53,071 nt of DNA from Catajapyx aquilonaris. Taxonomy: Eukaryota. This document shows, piece by piece, positions 38,801 to 51,916 of the stretch (position 1 is the first letter of the stretch; each line of letters begins with the position of its first letter). The notes below the pieces were generated by a model that saw only the letters and a program-made list of their open reading frames with translations, was not told the DNA's origin and did not search any database. The position numbers and the translations under genes were made by a program. Location: contig JYFJ02002666.1 of assembly GCA_000934665.2 (NCBI GenBank), forward strand, positions 1 to 53,071, in the 5' to 3' direction.

Positions 38801-41800
38801 CCAACCCGGTGAAATACTCCGGGTCAAGTTAAACTCATCCGGACAACTCTTCCGGTCTGGTTCGCGTCCCACATATATGTAGGACACCGGAGCAGATCGG
38901 TGTTAGTGGTCTAGCAAGCCCTGGATTTCTTGGAAGAAAAAAAAAAAATCTTTTCCCATTCCAGGATGTATCCTGAGGGAAGCCCTACCAACACAACTCG
39001 ATGGCAGTGACCCCAGTGCAGTTCGGAGTGACAATTGGTGATAACCGGTGATCTACTAAAAAAAAAGTGCGCTGAAATCCACCTAAAAAAAATCCTAATC
39101 AGCAAAACTCGCGCATTGATTGGTATTAATGGGAACCTCAAATTTGTAGCGTGTGTTTCCCAGCCGGTAATTGGATGTGGCCGAGCGTGATTTCATCGGA
39201 AACGGGCCGACAAATAAACACGGCTCAAAATGTGATTTATATCTGAAAAAAGTGTCGGGGATGCCAAGAGTCCAGGAGTTGTGTTGTTAGGGCTACTACT
39301 CTCAAAAAATCTACAGGTGAATCTACACCCCTACCTTTTGTCAAAAGTGGAACATCAACATCCGCCTCCTGCAGCCTACATGTGTGGTGACTTGTGCGGA
39401 CTGTGAAACTAGTGCACGGATTTACTATCCAAAACATTAAATTTTTTTTTTCTGCAAAAAATTATTTCAAGTGCATAACCTTTTGGAGAGTGTTGACCCT
39501 CACGGTGGCCTTGTCAAGGATGTGCTTCTGTTTACGGAAGACTTTTTGTGTCCTTCGAGGACGAATCAGAAGTCACGGAATGGATTGTGCAGCAGCCTAT
39601 TCGGTGAGTTCGGACCATTTTTAAAGTTGGTTCTAAGTACGGACGGGGTGTTGTTTGTATAACCTACACACATTAGGGAGTAGCACAATATCCTCTCAAG
39701 CCCGTGATTTGCATAATTTAGTAGGGTGCGGCTCAAGCAGGGTAATGGCCTACATTTTATACGCACAAAAAATATTTTAATGTATTAAATTGTTCATGTT
39801 TGTTGGGTAAATAAGTATTTAGAATGAAAATAATGATTAACAGGTGGGAATGCCATGAAAATTAGTTCAGTCGGTTTTAAACCTCAAATTACATTTACAC
39901 TTAAAATGAAATAACTAAAAATTACATTTACATTTAAAATTAAATACAGTAAAATTTAAATATCAAATGACAAACTAAAATCATAAACTACAAATTCAAA
40001 TTAACAGCAGCTTAATTAATTTAATTGTTAAAATTAAAATTTGAGATGCGATTTTAAAATTTTGAATTCATGAGTTATGCCCTTATTTTGATATGGTCAG
40101 TGAACTATATTTTTAAATTGTATATTCATTAATAAATCTGCTCACACATCAAGCTTCTTTTTTAGCTCACTTTACATACAAAACAGTTCGATTCGGTTAA
40201 AACTGGGGTACAAACAGCTTTTTGCTTGTGAAAAGAAGTGCTAGTCTGAATAGGCCTTTTACAGTCGGTCCGATTGTTGATCCGAACGAAACGATACCGG
40301 TACCAAAAATCGTAAAACACTTCGCCCTCAAACCATCCCCAGTGGCTCCACTTTTCTGGTCAAAAAGGCAATTCCAAGCCCCTCATCAATAGTCGTGACT
40401 CTCAAAATTCGGTCAGGATGTACCCCCGGGGACATCCACTCTGGCTCTCAATTGCAGGAAGAGCCCGTCATGTAAATCCTCAGGACATCTCTTCCCCTAT
40501 ATTTGTCGGTTCGCCATTGTTGCCCTCCTTTTGTTACCACCTCGCTCCAGGGATGCAAACACCCCCTGATTTTTTCGGGTCTCTCAAAAAAAGGTAAACA
40601 GTAGCAACAGTACAATAAATCAGCCTCGGGTCCGGCCACTTCAGACATTTTCAACAATTGAAATGTAAAAATTTACAGACGGGTCATCGACTCGGATGAC
40701 CTCCAGGTTCTGGAAAAAAAACTATCGGGTAGGAAAGTTTTCAACGCCTTATTACTCCTTGAATGCAATGCTCCACTTTGGACAACAATGAAAAAAAGCG
40801 AGATTAATTGCTAGTCCTACCCCCCCCCCCCCCCTAGATTTCTTATCGCCTTAGATGAAAGACGTCAATAATGATGATTCAAGCATCGGTCTAACTAATG
40901 GAGAAAGTTCTAACGGGGTATGCTTGCGCCCGGTTCTAATTGGCCGGATCCAAAATGCAACATGCAAATTGCACTTGTGTATTTGCCACCTGTGGCATGC
41001 AATCGAGCACCTCGTGATGTCTACAACCCACAACCTCCTTCTGGATCCCCCCCTTTGGTCCCCCCTCACATTTTTTTAAAGGGGGGGGGGGGGTAGTGTT
41101 CCACTTGTCCATGCAAGCGTTACATGGGAAGGCCCATGGATTCCTAGTTTCAGCACAGTGCTGGTGGATGAGTTATGTGCTTTTTGGAGTCTGAACGGCA
41201 ACAATGGGCACGTCAGGTACGGTTCAAGTGCATATTGACCACCATAGTTATTTGACCATTTTTCATAGTAATGTACCAGGAGATTTCAACACCCGTATGA
41301 GTCGAGTTCACTAACCTAAAACGTCGTAATATCACAAAAATGCCCAATTTGTACCTCACGAGTGTCGACATCCTACGTCCCTCTGGACAACGTCCTGTTC
41401 CTGGTTAGTCATTCCACACCATCATGCCTTCCAAGAACCCGACCCGCGTGTAAGCAAGCCAAGAAGACGTTAAAAGGAAAAAAAAAATGTAGGTCGTCCT
41501 ACTTATCTAACCAGTTCATAAAATGAGCATGCAGGAACTAGTAAAAGTGACGAGTCATAAGGGAATTGTCAATTACGATACTCAGATTTGGGAGGTGTTA
41601 TGAAACGGAGACTACCCCCCCCCCTCCCTCCCCGATTTTTTTGTTTGTCCCGCTTTAATATATGGGCCTACTTTTAGAGGCTAAATATAGATGGTAAACA
41701 TGCTTACCATAAATGTTGGAAAAGATAGGCATGTCCTTAACCCAAAAATTAACCGTGTTTTTCATTGAGCATTCCACGATACTATCGGAGCAAACAGCTA

Positions 41801-43665
41801 AATATGGAAATGGACTGAAAAACAATTTACTATGTAATATGTCCACAAATTTTGAGTAGGTAAACATCCGGTTCTAACAGGACACTCCCGTTCTATTCAA
41901 CTCTCCAGGAGTGTACCTGGACAAACCCAAGATCCTCCTGTGCATCCTTCTGCAACACGCCATTATTCCCATCCTGCTCTGGACGTCTTCCTGGGAGCTA
42001 ACGGGATGTGGGATAGACGCGGTGGGAAGTGGGCGCCTCAGGGTCCTAAGTAGTTGGGGGGGACCTTAGATGGAACGGGGTGCCCTGTGGGCACAAAACC
42101 GGGTCCCAATCTAGTAGGTAGGACTCCTAGCCACGTGTTATGGGGCATTTCGCGGAAGTAGGAATGTAGGTTGCAAAGACTTTTGGCGAGGATCCAATTT
42201 TTTTGGCGAATCCTCAGGGTTTAAATATTAGTGTCCAACCTACTTATATACATGTGGTGACATCACCGAACAAAAGTGAAACCAATTTTTGCAGATATCC
42301 CGGATGAAAACGGTACCGGCCAAGGGTTAGCCCTTGAAAGGGGACCGGGACGTCCTTGACCAGGTGATCACGGATTATGGAGACGAGAAAAAGGATGGTA
42401 CCGTTAGGACCCAACCGACCGTTGTTCGTGCCGCTACTGGATTCGGGTATACCTGGTGACGTCAAATAAGGACCCCTCCCATCCGACCCCATTTCTTCAG
42501 CCGGCACCTGTTCTCGTGCAGGATACGTCGGGATAAATAGGATGAGAATTAGGGCAAACAAAGATGGGGGTCACCGAAAGGAACAGTAGCGGCGTCTTGC
42601 GAATCTGACATGCTCCGTCTGGAACCATGTTCCAGGATACAACCTAGTGGCCAGATAGTCGCGGCGCCATGGTTTGGCGACGGTATTTACACAATCTGGT
42701 GGCGTCGTGCTAATGGTAGTGTATTCGTCGAGGTATTCGCCTTTTGTGTGAGAGGACGTGGCCAATTCGTTTTCAATCTTGGCCGCAATTGGGGACAGTA
42801 AGGAACCGTGGTCACCTTTTTTTTTTGTTACATGAGAATCAACCAAGCGCAGTAGAGACCTCGGCTTAGTTGACACGGGTCTTAACCGGACAATGATGAA
42901 CTATTGAAGCATTGGTCTTTGATAAGGACGTCGTGTGGCCGGGATTTGGCGTCACATGGGTAGCTAACCTTAAAAATTGCATATGCGAAAAATGTGTCAA
43001 GACAAATTCTTTACCGTCATATTCCCTCGAATTAGTCAAGCGCTTCTAACCTTCATCGCAATTACAAACAAAGCGATCGTGATCCTACGTTTTTTTAATG
43101 GGGGTTCAGAACTTGACCAAAAAGGAGGGCAAAGCGAACTCGTCTTGTTAGTAGGTCAGAGGAGCGGCGGCCAGGCTGGCTTTTGGGGGAAAAATATGCA
43201 CGCTTGCCTGCCGGGGTGGTGGCCCAGGGTGCCAGGCGTAGCCGGGGCCGCCCCCAGACCATGAGTCGACATGGAGAACCAAGCATGTCTTGGATCGTGC
43301 GGTTCAATCGGATTCCCCCACCTTGATGAGCCGCGCACCTTTGGACACAAAAAAAATTAGGTCAGGTTTAACACCTGGAAGCGCCGATGGGGGGTTTGCC
43401 CAAATAGCACTAGATCAGTAGGTGAATTTGCATACTAGTACTTGTTGATTTTTTTTCCCAATTCGCAGAAATCCTGACTGCGGTTCGGAGGGACGTGGAC
43501 AACCAGTGGAAGGCCAGCCTCTGCATGAAGCGACGAAGGAGTTGCGGATACCTGACTCTCCCGACTTAGCACGGGTAGGCAACACGACGAAGACGCGGGG
43601 GAAGAAGAAGAAGACCAGGAAGAAGAAGAGGAAAAAAAGCAACTTGGGTGTCATCCACTTCGCCA

Positions 43666-45192
43666 ATGAAGTTCAACGGCCCGCATCACTCGACGGCGTT
43701 GGACTCTATCCTGGGCTGGGGCGGTGGGTCGGGAGGGGGAGGGGGCGGTGGGGGTGTGCAGGAGCAGTACTCCGAGCTGAAACTCACCCCCACTGCCAGC
43801 ACCTCCCCCGTGGCCAAACCCTCCTCCACTATGAACAGCCTGGACAACCTGCTCCTGTCCGACACCAGCAATAGCTTTGCTGAGTTGAAGCCTCTCACCC
43901 CTATGGATTATGGCAGCAGCCTCCTGGGATGTGACCCCACTATGACCCAGCTCAATGCCAATGGGACGTCCACCAATGGAGGCAGAGGCAATGGGCTCAT
44001 GGAACCGCAGTACAAGAGCTGCGGTAACATGGCGCCAACTGGTAATGGCAACAGTACCTATTACACCACTTCTGACATGGTGGTGTCATCCACGGTCAAC
44101 GGACTGCTCAATGGAAATGCGTCGTTAGTCAAGGAGGAGCCCCACACCACTGAATACATCCTGCCCAATGAGATCGACATTGCGGCCATCATTGGTGATG
44201 CCATCGACACCATTGCTGACACGACTGTTCCCAACATCAACGTTGAGCAGCTGGAACCTAACGACCTCAGGGACACTTGGGCTGACTTGGATGCCTGGCT
44301 TGCGAGTGCCAGTGCGCAAGTCCCTCACACCAAAGATCCGATGGACACCAACACCCTACCGTCCCAGTTCGTGAACCAATCGCCACCGATGGGCAGCGTC
44401 ACGACCAGTACTCATGGTACCACCAACAACAATGGAAACATCAACAACGGCAGTGGAGTCACCTCATCCACCCTCCACACGCTTCTGACACAGGGTCCTC
44501 CGGGTGGATCCAACCACTACAACCACAGCCATCAAAACAACAATCACCATCAGCATCCCCTACACAACGGTCACACAACATTGGTGAAACGTGAGCCTGC
44601 CCCGGCATACCCTGCCATCTCAATGTTGCAGTCGCGGCTGCAAAACGGTGGCCTCCATCACAAGGCAGAGACAACCACGTATGATCTGGACTCGTCAGAC
44701 CCCTACCTTTTGAAGCAACCTGAATCCAGCTTTGAAGTGCAGTGCGTGGGTGGTGGAAGTGGCATCCCAAAGGACTCCTTACCCCATAGCACCCACATGA
44801 ACCCTCCTGGACTGGTATCCACTTCCCAGAATCCCGACCTGTGCAATGGGGGGAGATTCCGCAAGCAACCTTCTTTCCTCAGGCCAGGTTCCTCGCTGAA
44901 GGACTCGGACAATAATGGTGAGGTGGGGTTCAGATTGAAGAACCCCAAGAGCAGGCTGAACAAGGGGGGTGGGAAGCTGGGAGGCCCCTACGCAGATGGC
45001 ACCAAGGAGAAGCCCGTCCATAGATGTGGCATCTGCAACAGAGGTTTCCTCAACAAGTCCAACATCAAAGTGCATTTGAGGACTCATACAGGCGAAAAGC
45101 CATTCAAGTGCGAGACTTGTGGAAAGGCTTTCCGACAAAAGGCACATTTGTTAAAGCACATGCAGATACACAAGCGGGTCACCAGGGAGTAG
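43666..45192 (+). CDS. ich: C2H2 zinc-finger transcription factor with two C-terminal fingers, ichor-like (~508 aa, coding region intronless)
   Basis: Long uninterrupted ORF; first ATG at 43666, with an in-frame stop upstream at 43567. The C-terminus reads EKPVHRCGICNRGFLNKSNIKVHLRTHTGEKPFKCETCGKAFRQKAHLLKHMQIHKRVTRE (two C2H2 fingers, TGEKPF linker). The N-terminus is low-complexity (Gly, Asn/His) with a structured-looking block IAAIIGDAIDTIADTTVP...RDTWADLDAW. The CDS is secure; the ichor (CG11966) assignment is from recalled similarity and needs a BLAST check. Confidence 0.85.
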   Translation: MKFNGPHHSTALDSILGWGGGSGGGGGGGGVQEQYSELKLTPTASTSPVAKPSSTMNSLDNLLLSDTSNSFAELKPLTPMDYGSSLLGCDPTMTQLNANGTSTNGGRGNGLMEPQYKSCGNMAPTGNGNSTYYTTSDMVVSSTVNGLLNGNASLVKEEPHTTEYILPNEIDIAAIIGDAIDTIADTTVPNINVEQLEPNDLRDTWADLDAWLASASAQVPHTKDPMDTNTLPSQFVNQSPPMGSVTTSTHGTTNNNGNINNGSGVTSSTLHTLLTQGPPGGSNHYNHSHQNNNHHQHPLHNGHTTLVKREPAPAYPAISMLQSRLQNGGLHHKAETTTYDLDSSDPYLLKQPESSFEVQCVGGGSGIPKDSLPHSTHMNPPGLVSTSQNPDLCNGGRFRKQPSFLRPGSSLKDSDNNGEVGFRLKNPKSRLNKGGGKLGGPYADGTKEKPVHRCGICNRGFLNKSNIKVHLRTHTGEKPFKCETCGKAFRQKAHLLKHMQIHKRVTRE

Positions 45193-48100
45193 GCAAAAAA
45201 TGTGGTATCCGCACTGATTGGGGTTTCTCAAAATCTGACTCTTGAAGGTGACAGACATCCAAGTACTCGGAGGCATCACCTGGAGTACCTGTAACCAGTT
45301 AAGAATGGTAGCGGTGTGGTCGTTCCTATAGGAGCCACTATGCTGCTACCCTCCGTAATTGGTTACTAGCAGGCAGTGTCACGCATGTGATCCCAAAGTG
45401 TGTACCACTGGGCTGCTTTTGCACCTACAGCGCATTTTTTTTGAGATGTCAGGCCTTGAGAAAACCTTCAGTGTGCAAACTATACTTATTGGCTCTTTAT
45501 TTTTAAAAATCCTGCAACAAACTTTCGCAATTCATTGGATGGGCAGTGTCTTGTTGTACAGATGTTAACCACTACCTTAGACCATTGTTATTTGGTATAA
45601 TATTATTGTAAATTTTGTTTATTTCAAATAATGAAGTTTATTTTGGGTGTTACTTTCCTGTTCTTTACCGACATTATACTTGTACATTATGTTTTCTCAT
45701 GGGTCTGTAGTTAAAGTGCACTTCCTGGCATTAACTTAGTTGTAACAAATTGAGATTGAGGATTGAGATGAAGGAATGAATATTGATGTAACAACAAACT
45801 CATCTATAAAAGAAATTAATTTCTGCACATTGAAATGTTTCAGTCACGAGAGTTTTGACAAATGACTCTATATACTATGTGTTTCATGTTATTTATAAAT
45901 TGACTTGACTTTCACAATATGATAACTGATTCATTTAAGAACTGACCACAGTTTTAAATGGCAACGTTATTACTTACACATGTTATGGAAGGCCTTGAAA
46001 ACTGGTAGTTACACAACTGCTTCACCTGGATATTGACTTATGATAATTAAAAAATCCATGCTAATTGGCATTCAAACTTCTCACTTCAATCTTTAATAGT
46101 AATAAAACTTATCAGCAAAACAACTCATGCAAAAAAGTAGCAATTATTACAAATCATTCGACTTATACAAATAGTCAAAAGGTTACACATGGTGTGTTTT
46201 CCGTCATTGCATTGGATCCATTCCACCTGTTTAAACTTGAAGAAATTTCTCTCCAGACATCACGATCATAAATTTGGAAGTAAATTATTGACAAATGCAA
46301 ATCGGCAATATAATTTTGCAAAACAAAAGCCTGTCCAAGGTATAGTGCATTGTGAACTGCCAGTTACCAAGACCTCCCAGCAGGTTGTTCAATGCATTCA
46401 GTGTCTCTGGAAAAGGTTCTTATAATAGGCCTACTAAATCTGTGATAATCATAAATTCCATCACTTTATGCCTCCAGCTTTTTAATATGAATGGGAATGT
46501 TTTTATATCTCCTCCAAGTGCAATGTCTGTCCTGTACACATTTCTTGTTTTAATTTTGTTCAGGATTGTGTACGTAGTTTCCAGGAGTAATTATCGGTGT
46601 GGGCATAAGATCTCATATCTCTACAGAAATTAGCTTTTCCGATCTTGTACTTTTTGTCTCAAGTAATGCTCGCGCAGGTGTGTGTGTGTGTATCGGTGGG
46701 ACTTATATCCATTGACAGGCTAGGGGAACAAAATGCAATGTAAATTTTTTTTTGAATGTGCACATCTGTGCGATGTGAACTATGAGACGAGCAATACTTC
46801 TTTTTAAAAAGGTTTTCCTATCTTTGTGGCAGCTAGAATAGTTGTGATCAAATCAAAGTGTTCTTCCTGAGTCAAGATGTCATAAGGCCGGTTGAGCTGG
46901 TTTCTAATTCTCAGCATGATTATTTCTCTTGCAAGTAAAGTACCTGTCGTTATATCCTGCCAAACACACAACCATTGTCACTCCTGTCGTTAGCGCACTG
47001 CACTTGCTCCAAGTGTTGTAAAAAATATTTGTGAAAGTTATAGACTTCATTGTTATGGACAAAGAAAGTGCAATCTGTACTGGTTTTTGTTTTAAGAGAA
47101 ATATATGAACATGTGGAAAATTACTGACTGTTAATGAATCTGGTAACTGCAGACCAGGGTGTGCTACGTGCTCACTGGTCCTTCAACATTTTTTTTTTTA
47201 ACAAAAAAGCTGACGGTCACCTAGTACACTGGAACCTGGCCACGGGCAATGACCCCTCCTGGCAACAATCGCCCTAAACACTACGTGATCGCCTTTGATA
47301 ACTATTGGCTATAGGTCTTTGAGAGGCCTCCGACCGGAAATGTAGAATAACCTGTTAACCACTTTCTCTTGAAGATGGGCATCACCCTGGCTGCCCTCCA
47401 CAGGTTTCTGCCAAGTGGACTGAATGCAAGCAAGTCCAACAGGGAAGGTCACTGCTCTCTCTCTCGCACACATGCATACTATCAGCACACATTGGCACGA
47501 GGAAATTATTAATCTGACCTACACCCAGTCCCAAGTCCATGGTGATTTCTCACACTATCCAAGGTGGAAGCTAAGGAAGCTTGTAAAGGCGGATGGTAAT
47601 GTGTTATTTTCTCATACGACTGGCAAACTCAGGTAATTTACAATCACAGCTGACCTACATACAGGTAGGAAGCTTAAGTGAATCCTGCAAACTGACCAGC
47701 AGCAGATGCAGGCACAAAAAAAAATGCAATGGTCACATGGAACCTAATTTCAGTGAGAGAAAGGACTGCAAAACACCATAAGGGACCAACTTTCTAGGTC
47801 ACTGTTACAGGTTGTCATCAGTCATTATGACACTATTGTGCAGGATGGGTGGGCCTAATCAAGGGACTAGGACGCCAACTGACCCAGAACTTGAAGTAGC
47901 AAGAGGCAATGAAAAGAAAATACACTTAATTAAATTTGTAGATGCTGTAGGGCATACAACCTGTACTTGTTACTTGCTGCAACATGCAAACTAAAAATTA
48001 CGAGAGCTACCAAATGCAGACCTATTGTAAAACATACGCATGAAAACGAGCGCTTCTTCTGTAAGATGAGCAAGGTGATGATGATACATTTCGTAACAAC

Positions 48101-48980
48101 CCAAATAAGTGGTCTATTGGAGGAGCTGAAGCAACTAAGGCCGTGAGGCATAACAAGTAGGTATGAAACTAAAACTTTATTTTTGTAACACATGACCTCT
48201 TTCAAAATATCTCAGAATTCAATAGCACTGAGGTGCTGAAATATTACAATGCATTACAAGGTTAACATTTGACACAGTTGGGTATGCAGAGAGCACTGCC
48301 CTTTTGACCCTGACCTGAGTAGCTTCTTCATATATGTAACCATAACACAGATGGCAAATTCATTTCGTTGCTGAAAAATAATGAATGCTTAAGAGTAGAG
48401 GCTTTCACGATAAAGCAACGTAATGTAAGCACCTTCTGTTCTGGGTGTGACAAAAAGAAAAATTGTTGATCAGACAGGTTTTGCTTTCGACCTGATCGAA
48501 TTAATTAGGTTATTGATATACAACGACCAGCTAAATGACGGCAATCATAAATGATAATATGCACACTTGTGAAAACCACTTCCAAATGACAGTTCCCGAT
48601 ATCATAAATTATACCAGTGGTAAAAGCCAAAACCCTAGCAACCTACAGAATATGAATTTTCACAGCAACAAGAGAGCAAGGCCTGCCATCTGTCACATTG
48701 CATCCAGGAGAGACAGTTAACAGAAAGACAGCCATATGCATGTTAGAGAAATACTTCTTGCAGCCAAATGAAAGAGAATGGCCCCAAATAAGCTAAATAT
48801 GACATACTGCTAAGTAATGAAAAACATACGTGCAATGAAGTGACAGTTCTTGATAAAAGTCAGCACATACGCAAACCCTGTCCATGTAGCATAAAATACA
48901 TTGCATGCCTAAATTATTCCACAGGTTGAGGTACTTCTACCTAGTGCCTCATCTTGCACCATTCAATGGTTACCCTATAT

Positions 48981-49403
48981 CAGTGGTTCCCAACCTGGGG
49001 GGCGTGAGAGGATTTCAAGGGGGGCGTGAGGCCATGAGAAATAAGTAAAATAATGTAACATGCTTGTGCTTGGCGCTGCTGGAAATAATTATGAAGGGAC
49101 CGACTTTTCTACTTGCTTATATCCGATGTGCTTAGAGTGTAGGAGGATTCCACTGTACTTTTTAAGTGACATTCACCTGAATTTGTGTGACCTTGAACCC
49201 CCCAAAAAATTCTCATGCGGCGGGCTTCTTTCTTCTTCTCTCTTTTTCCCTATTTAGACAGGTTTTACATGCCTCTTGTGCAGTTATAAAACTATATTTG
49301 AGAAACTCTTGCCGAAATTGATTGGGACTAGGGGAAGGGGGGGCGTGAGTGTTTGGTGAGAACGGAAAGGGGGGCTTCATGACGAAAAGGTTGGGAACCA
49401 CTG
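48981..49403. mobile_element. hAT (Charlie-type) MITE, 423 bp
   Basis: Perfect 16-bp TIR CAGTGGTTCCCAACCT / AGGTTGGGAACCACTG, GGGGGGCGTGAG subterminal repeats, and a decayed 8-bp TSD CCCTATAT / CCATACAT (6/8). Confidence 0.85.
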
Positions 49404-50986
49404 CCATACATCATCATCACAGTCCTTGAACACAAAATATTGCATTTGACCTACTCTAAACTTTGATATTAGAACAATAAATTCTATAAAAACCGCACCG
49501 CCTGCAACTAATGAATAACAGTTCCCCACTGATAATGAGGAGTCAGCTGAAACGCAAATGAGCAGGACAAAAACCCACCCTTGGCTATTACTGCCATAGC
49601 ACTTTTATCACCATGCATCTACTTAATAAAATTCATCAAGTAGCACATGTTCAAATCAACTCTTTAGTTTTTAGTACGTCGCATATTTTCATTCATTATT
49701 TTACATATTTTAATTATTTAATTTACAATTTAATTTTCATTTATTACATCAGTTGCTTTTTACAAATGCCATTTTGTAGGCATTGATTAGCATGTAATGG
49801 AAATGCTCCCCTTAGGAATTCCATGGCACATTGATATGAATAAATGCAAAGATACCCAAGTATCAGGCTGCATCGTCCTATACCCATAATTCTCTAGCAG
49901 TTATATTGATAGGAATATGTGGTGATACTTTTTACCACCTGAGATCCATTCACCACAATATTACTGGATGCTACAATGGTTCTTATAATAGTACATCTCT
50001 TCTAATAATGTCTCATATCACTTAAAACAGAAAAATACTTCTGAATATCTGCACGAGATAAAATATATCAGTTTCTTCAACATCATCTTTATAACTCTAT
50101 AACAAACACTATCTTCAAAATAAGAGGAAAAAAATCAACATCTAATGTGGATGGTTCAAGCTTGATTACAAGCCAGTTTCAAACGTTGGTAAATACTTTC
50201 TCTTGCAAAAGTCCATCATCTTAAAATGGCACGTGCTTCCTTTATTGAATATTTTCGAAAATGCATTTCTTATCAGAAAAGTAAAAAGCCGAAATATGTG
50301 GTTCGGGCCTATCTGGTATCGAAGGGGTTAACATGTCCGAGATTATTTATAGATCCTTTTTAAAGTGACCAAACTTCATTTATGCACTATACTGTTGATG
50401 GACTTTGTGGGAGGAACCAATAACAATCAAACTTGGGACCACAGAGGCAGAACTGCAGAAGGCTGCAGACACCACCATATGCCACCTGCTATCAAGTGTA
50501 ACTAACAAGTATAATTATATAATACTGAGATAAGATATGGAGGTAATCTGAAGTCCAAGAAGCAAATTTCACTACTTCAAAAAATTACGTTCATTTAGCA
50601 GTCTTCCAGTACGCAGAACATATTCTGCTACATTTAGCAGTTGTAAATGCTACTCTTTGCCCCAATATGCTTGCCAATGTGAGATGATAAAACATGAGGT
50701 CTCAAAATTGCACTTTTCCAACATAAGTGTACTAGTACTTTGCACAGATTAAGTAAAAATTGGTACTATTAAATCATTTGTCCATGGTAGGCAATAATCA
50801 AATAATTGTCACAATCTAGAAATATCTAAGCTTGTAATTAATTTTCAAGTCATACCATAAAAATGTCAGAATGGCTATTTTTTGGGGGGCCAAAAGTGGG
50901 CGTGGGTATAGCATTGTGCATGAAAAGTCATGTCACTCCCAGCTGATTGGTAAACAATAATTGAATGCGCAAAATGATTGTATGCC

Positions 50987-51061
50987 ATATTGCTCAAAAA
51001 AATGGAGATGATTGTGCATTTGGTTTCAACGCAAAATCATCTCCATCTTTTTGAGTGATAT
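50987..51061. repeat. 75-nt imperfect hairpin
   Basis: ATATTGCTCAAAAAAATGGAGATGATTGTGC-atttggtttcaac-GCAAAATCATCTCCATCTTTTTGAGTGATAT; 31-position stem with 2 mismatches and 2 G-T pairs. Confidence 0.8.
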
Positions 51062-51092
51062 AGTACCTTCCCACTTTATAGGACACTTATTC

Positions 51093-51916
51093 CAGTGAAA
51101 CCTGTGTATTACAGAATCGCACGGGACCCTAAATTCGGTTTTCACTATATTATGATCAAGGACATTACTAAGATTTTTTGCCGGTGAGAAAGAGAGGAAA
51201 ATGTGGGAGCAAAAAATAAGCACCTTACCGTCAATATGGTGTAAAATCAGTACACCACACATTTTTTCCCGCGAAATTCTGTGCCTGTTGCAGAAACATT
51301 CCAGCCACCCATTTGAAACACTAAATTTTGCCATGCCAAGCTTTTGGGCTATTAATTTTGCCTGCTCTTTTGAACCATCGGCCCAGACACGAGCAATACG
51401 TTGAGCCTCGGTCAACCCCTTCCTCTTTCCCGACATTTTAAGACTGGACTGAACCATGAACTAAACTTGAAGGCAGTTGAAGGCAGGGCACCTACGAATC
51501 ACATGAGTCACACATCTTCTTGNCCCCACCCCCCAAAAGTAGTCTTTCCATTTTCCAACCAAAAATAGTCCCCTTTCTTCAAGGCCACGGGCCGATAGCA
51601 ATTCCAGCAATATTATGATACACAGTATGGTGAAACGACGGTCCAAAAAGAGTTACTCAGAGGCCTCCTGGGAGCGCCGAGAGTGAACCCGGCTGTAGTT
51701 TCTATTTTTGTGATAATGTGAACCTCTTAATTTCCATTATGAACAGAGATTTTCTCAAGGGAGACAAAAATCCCTTCCGTTTCCGCGTTGCGCAGGTTCC
51801 ATAATATCCGTCTAAAAATACATTGCATGTCCTATATGTATGCCTGTTCCCAGAAAAAATTCTGCAATGGATAGGTTTCGGCTAGACTCAGGGTCTGTAA
51901 TGGGCAGGTTTCGTTG
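51093..51916 (-). mobile_element. Internally deleted Tigger/pogo-type DNA transposon with a CENP-B-like HTH remnant
   Basis: Degenerate TIRs CAGTGAAACCTGTGTATTACAGA (51093) and the reverse complement of the right end CAACGAAACCTGCCCATTACAGA (18/23), with TA after the right end. The minus-strand peptide QAKLIAQKLGMAKFSVSNGWLECFCNRHRISREKMCG matches the pogo/Tigger/CENP-B pattern FxxSxGWLxxFxxRHxI. No DDE domain seen. Confidence 0.8.

Noticed and set aside
43506..43874. Overlapping Lys-rich ORF, or a frameshifted N-terminal extension of the zinc-finger gene
   Set aside because: It arises from the GAA tract and starts at GTG; the alternative acidic frame has stops on both sides.
50020..50331. 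piggyBac relic ending GGGTTAA
   Set aside because: Only one possible terminus, and no convincing transposase translation.
51523..51523. Single N base
   Set aside because: An assembly ambiguity inside a TE relic, with no biological meaning.
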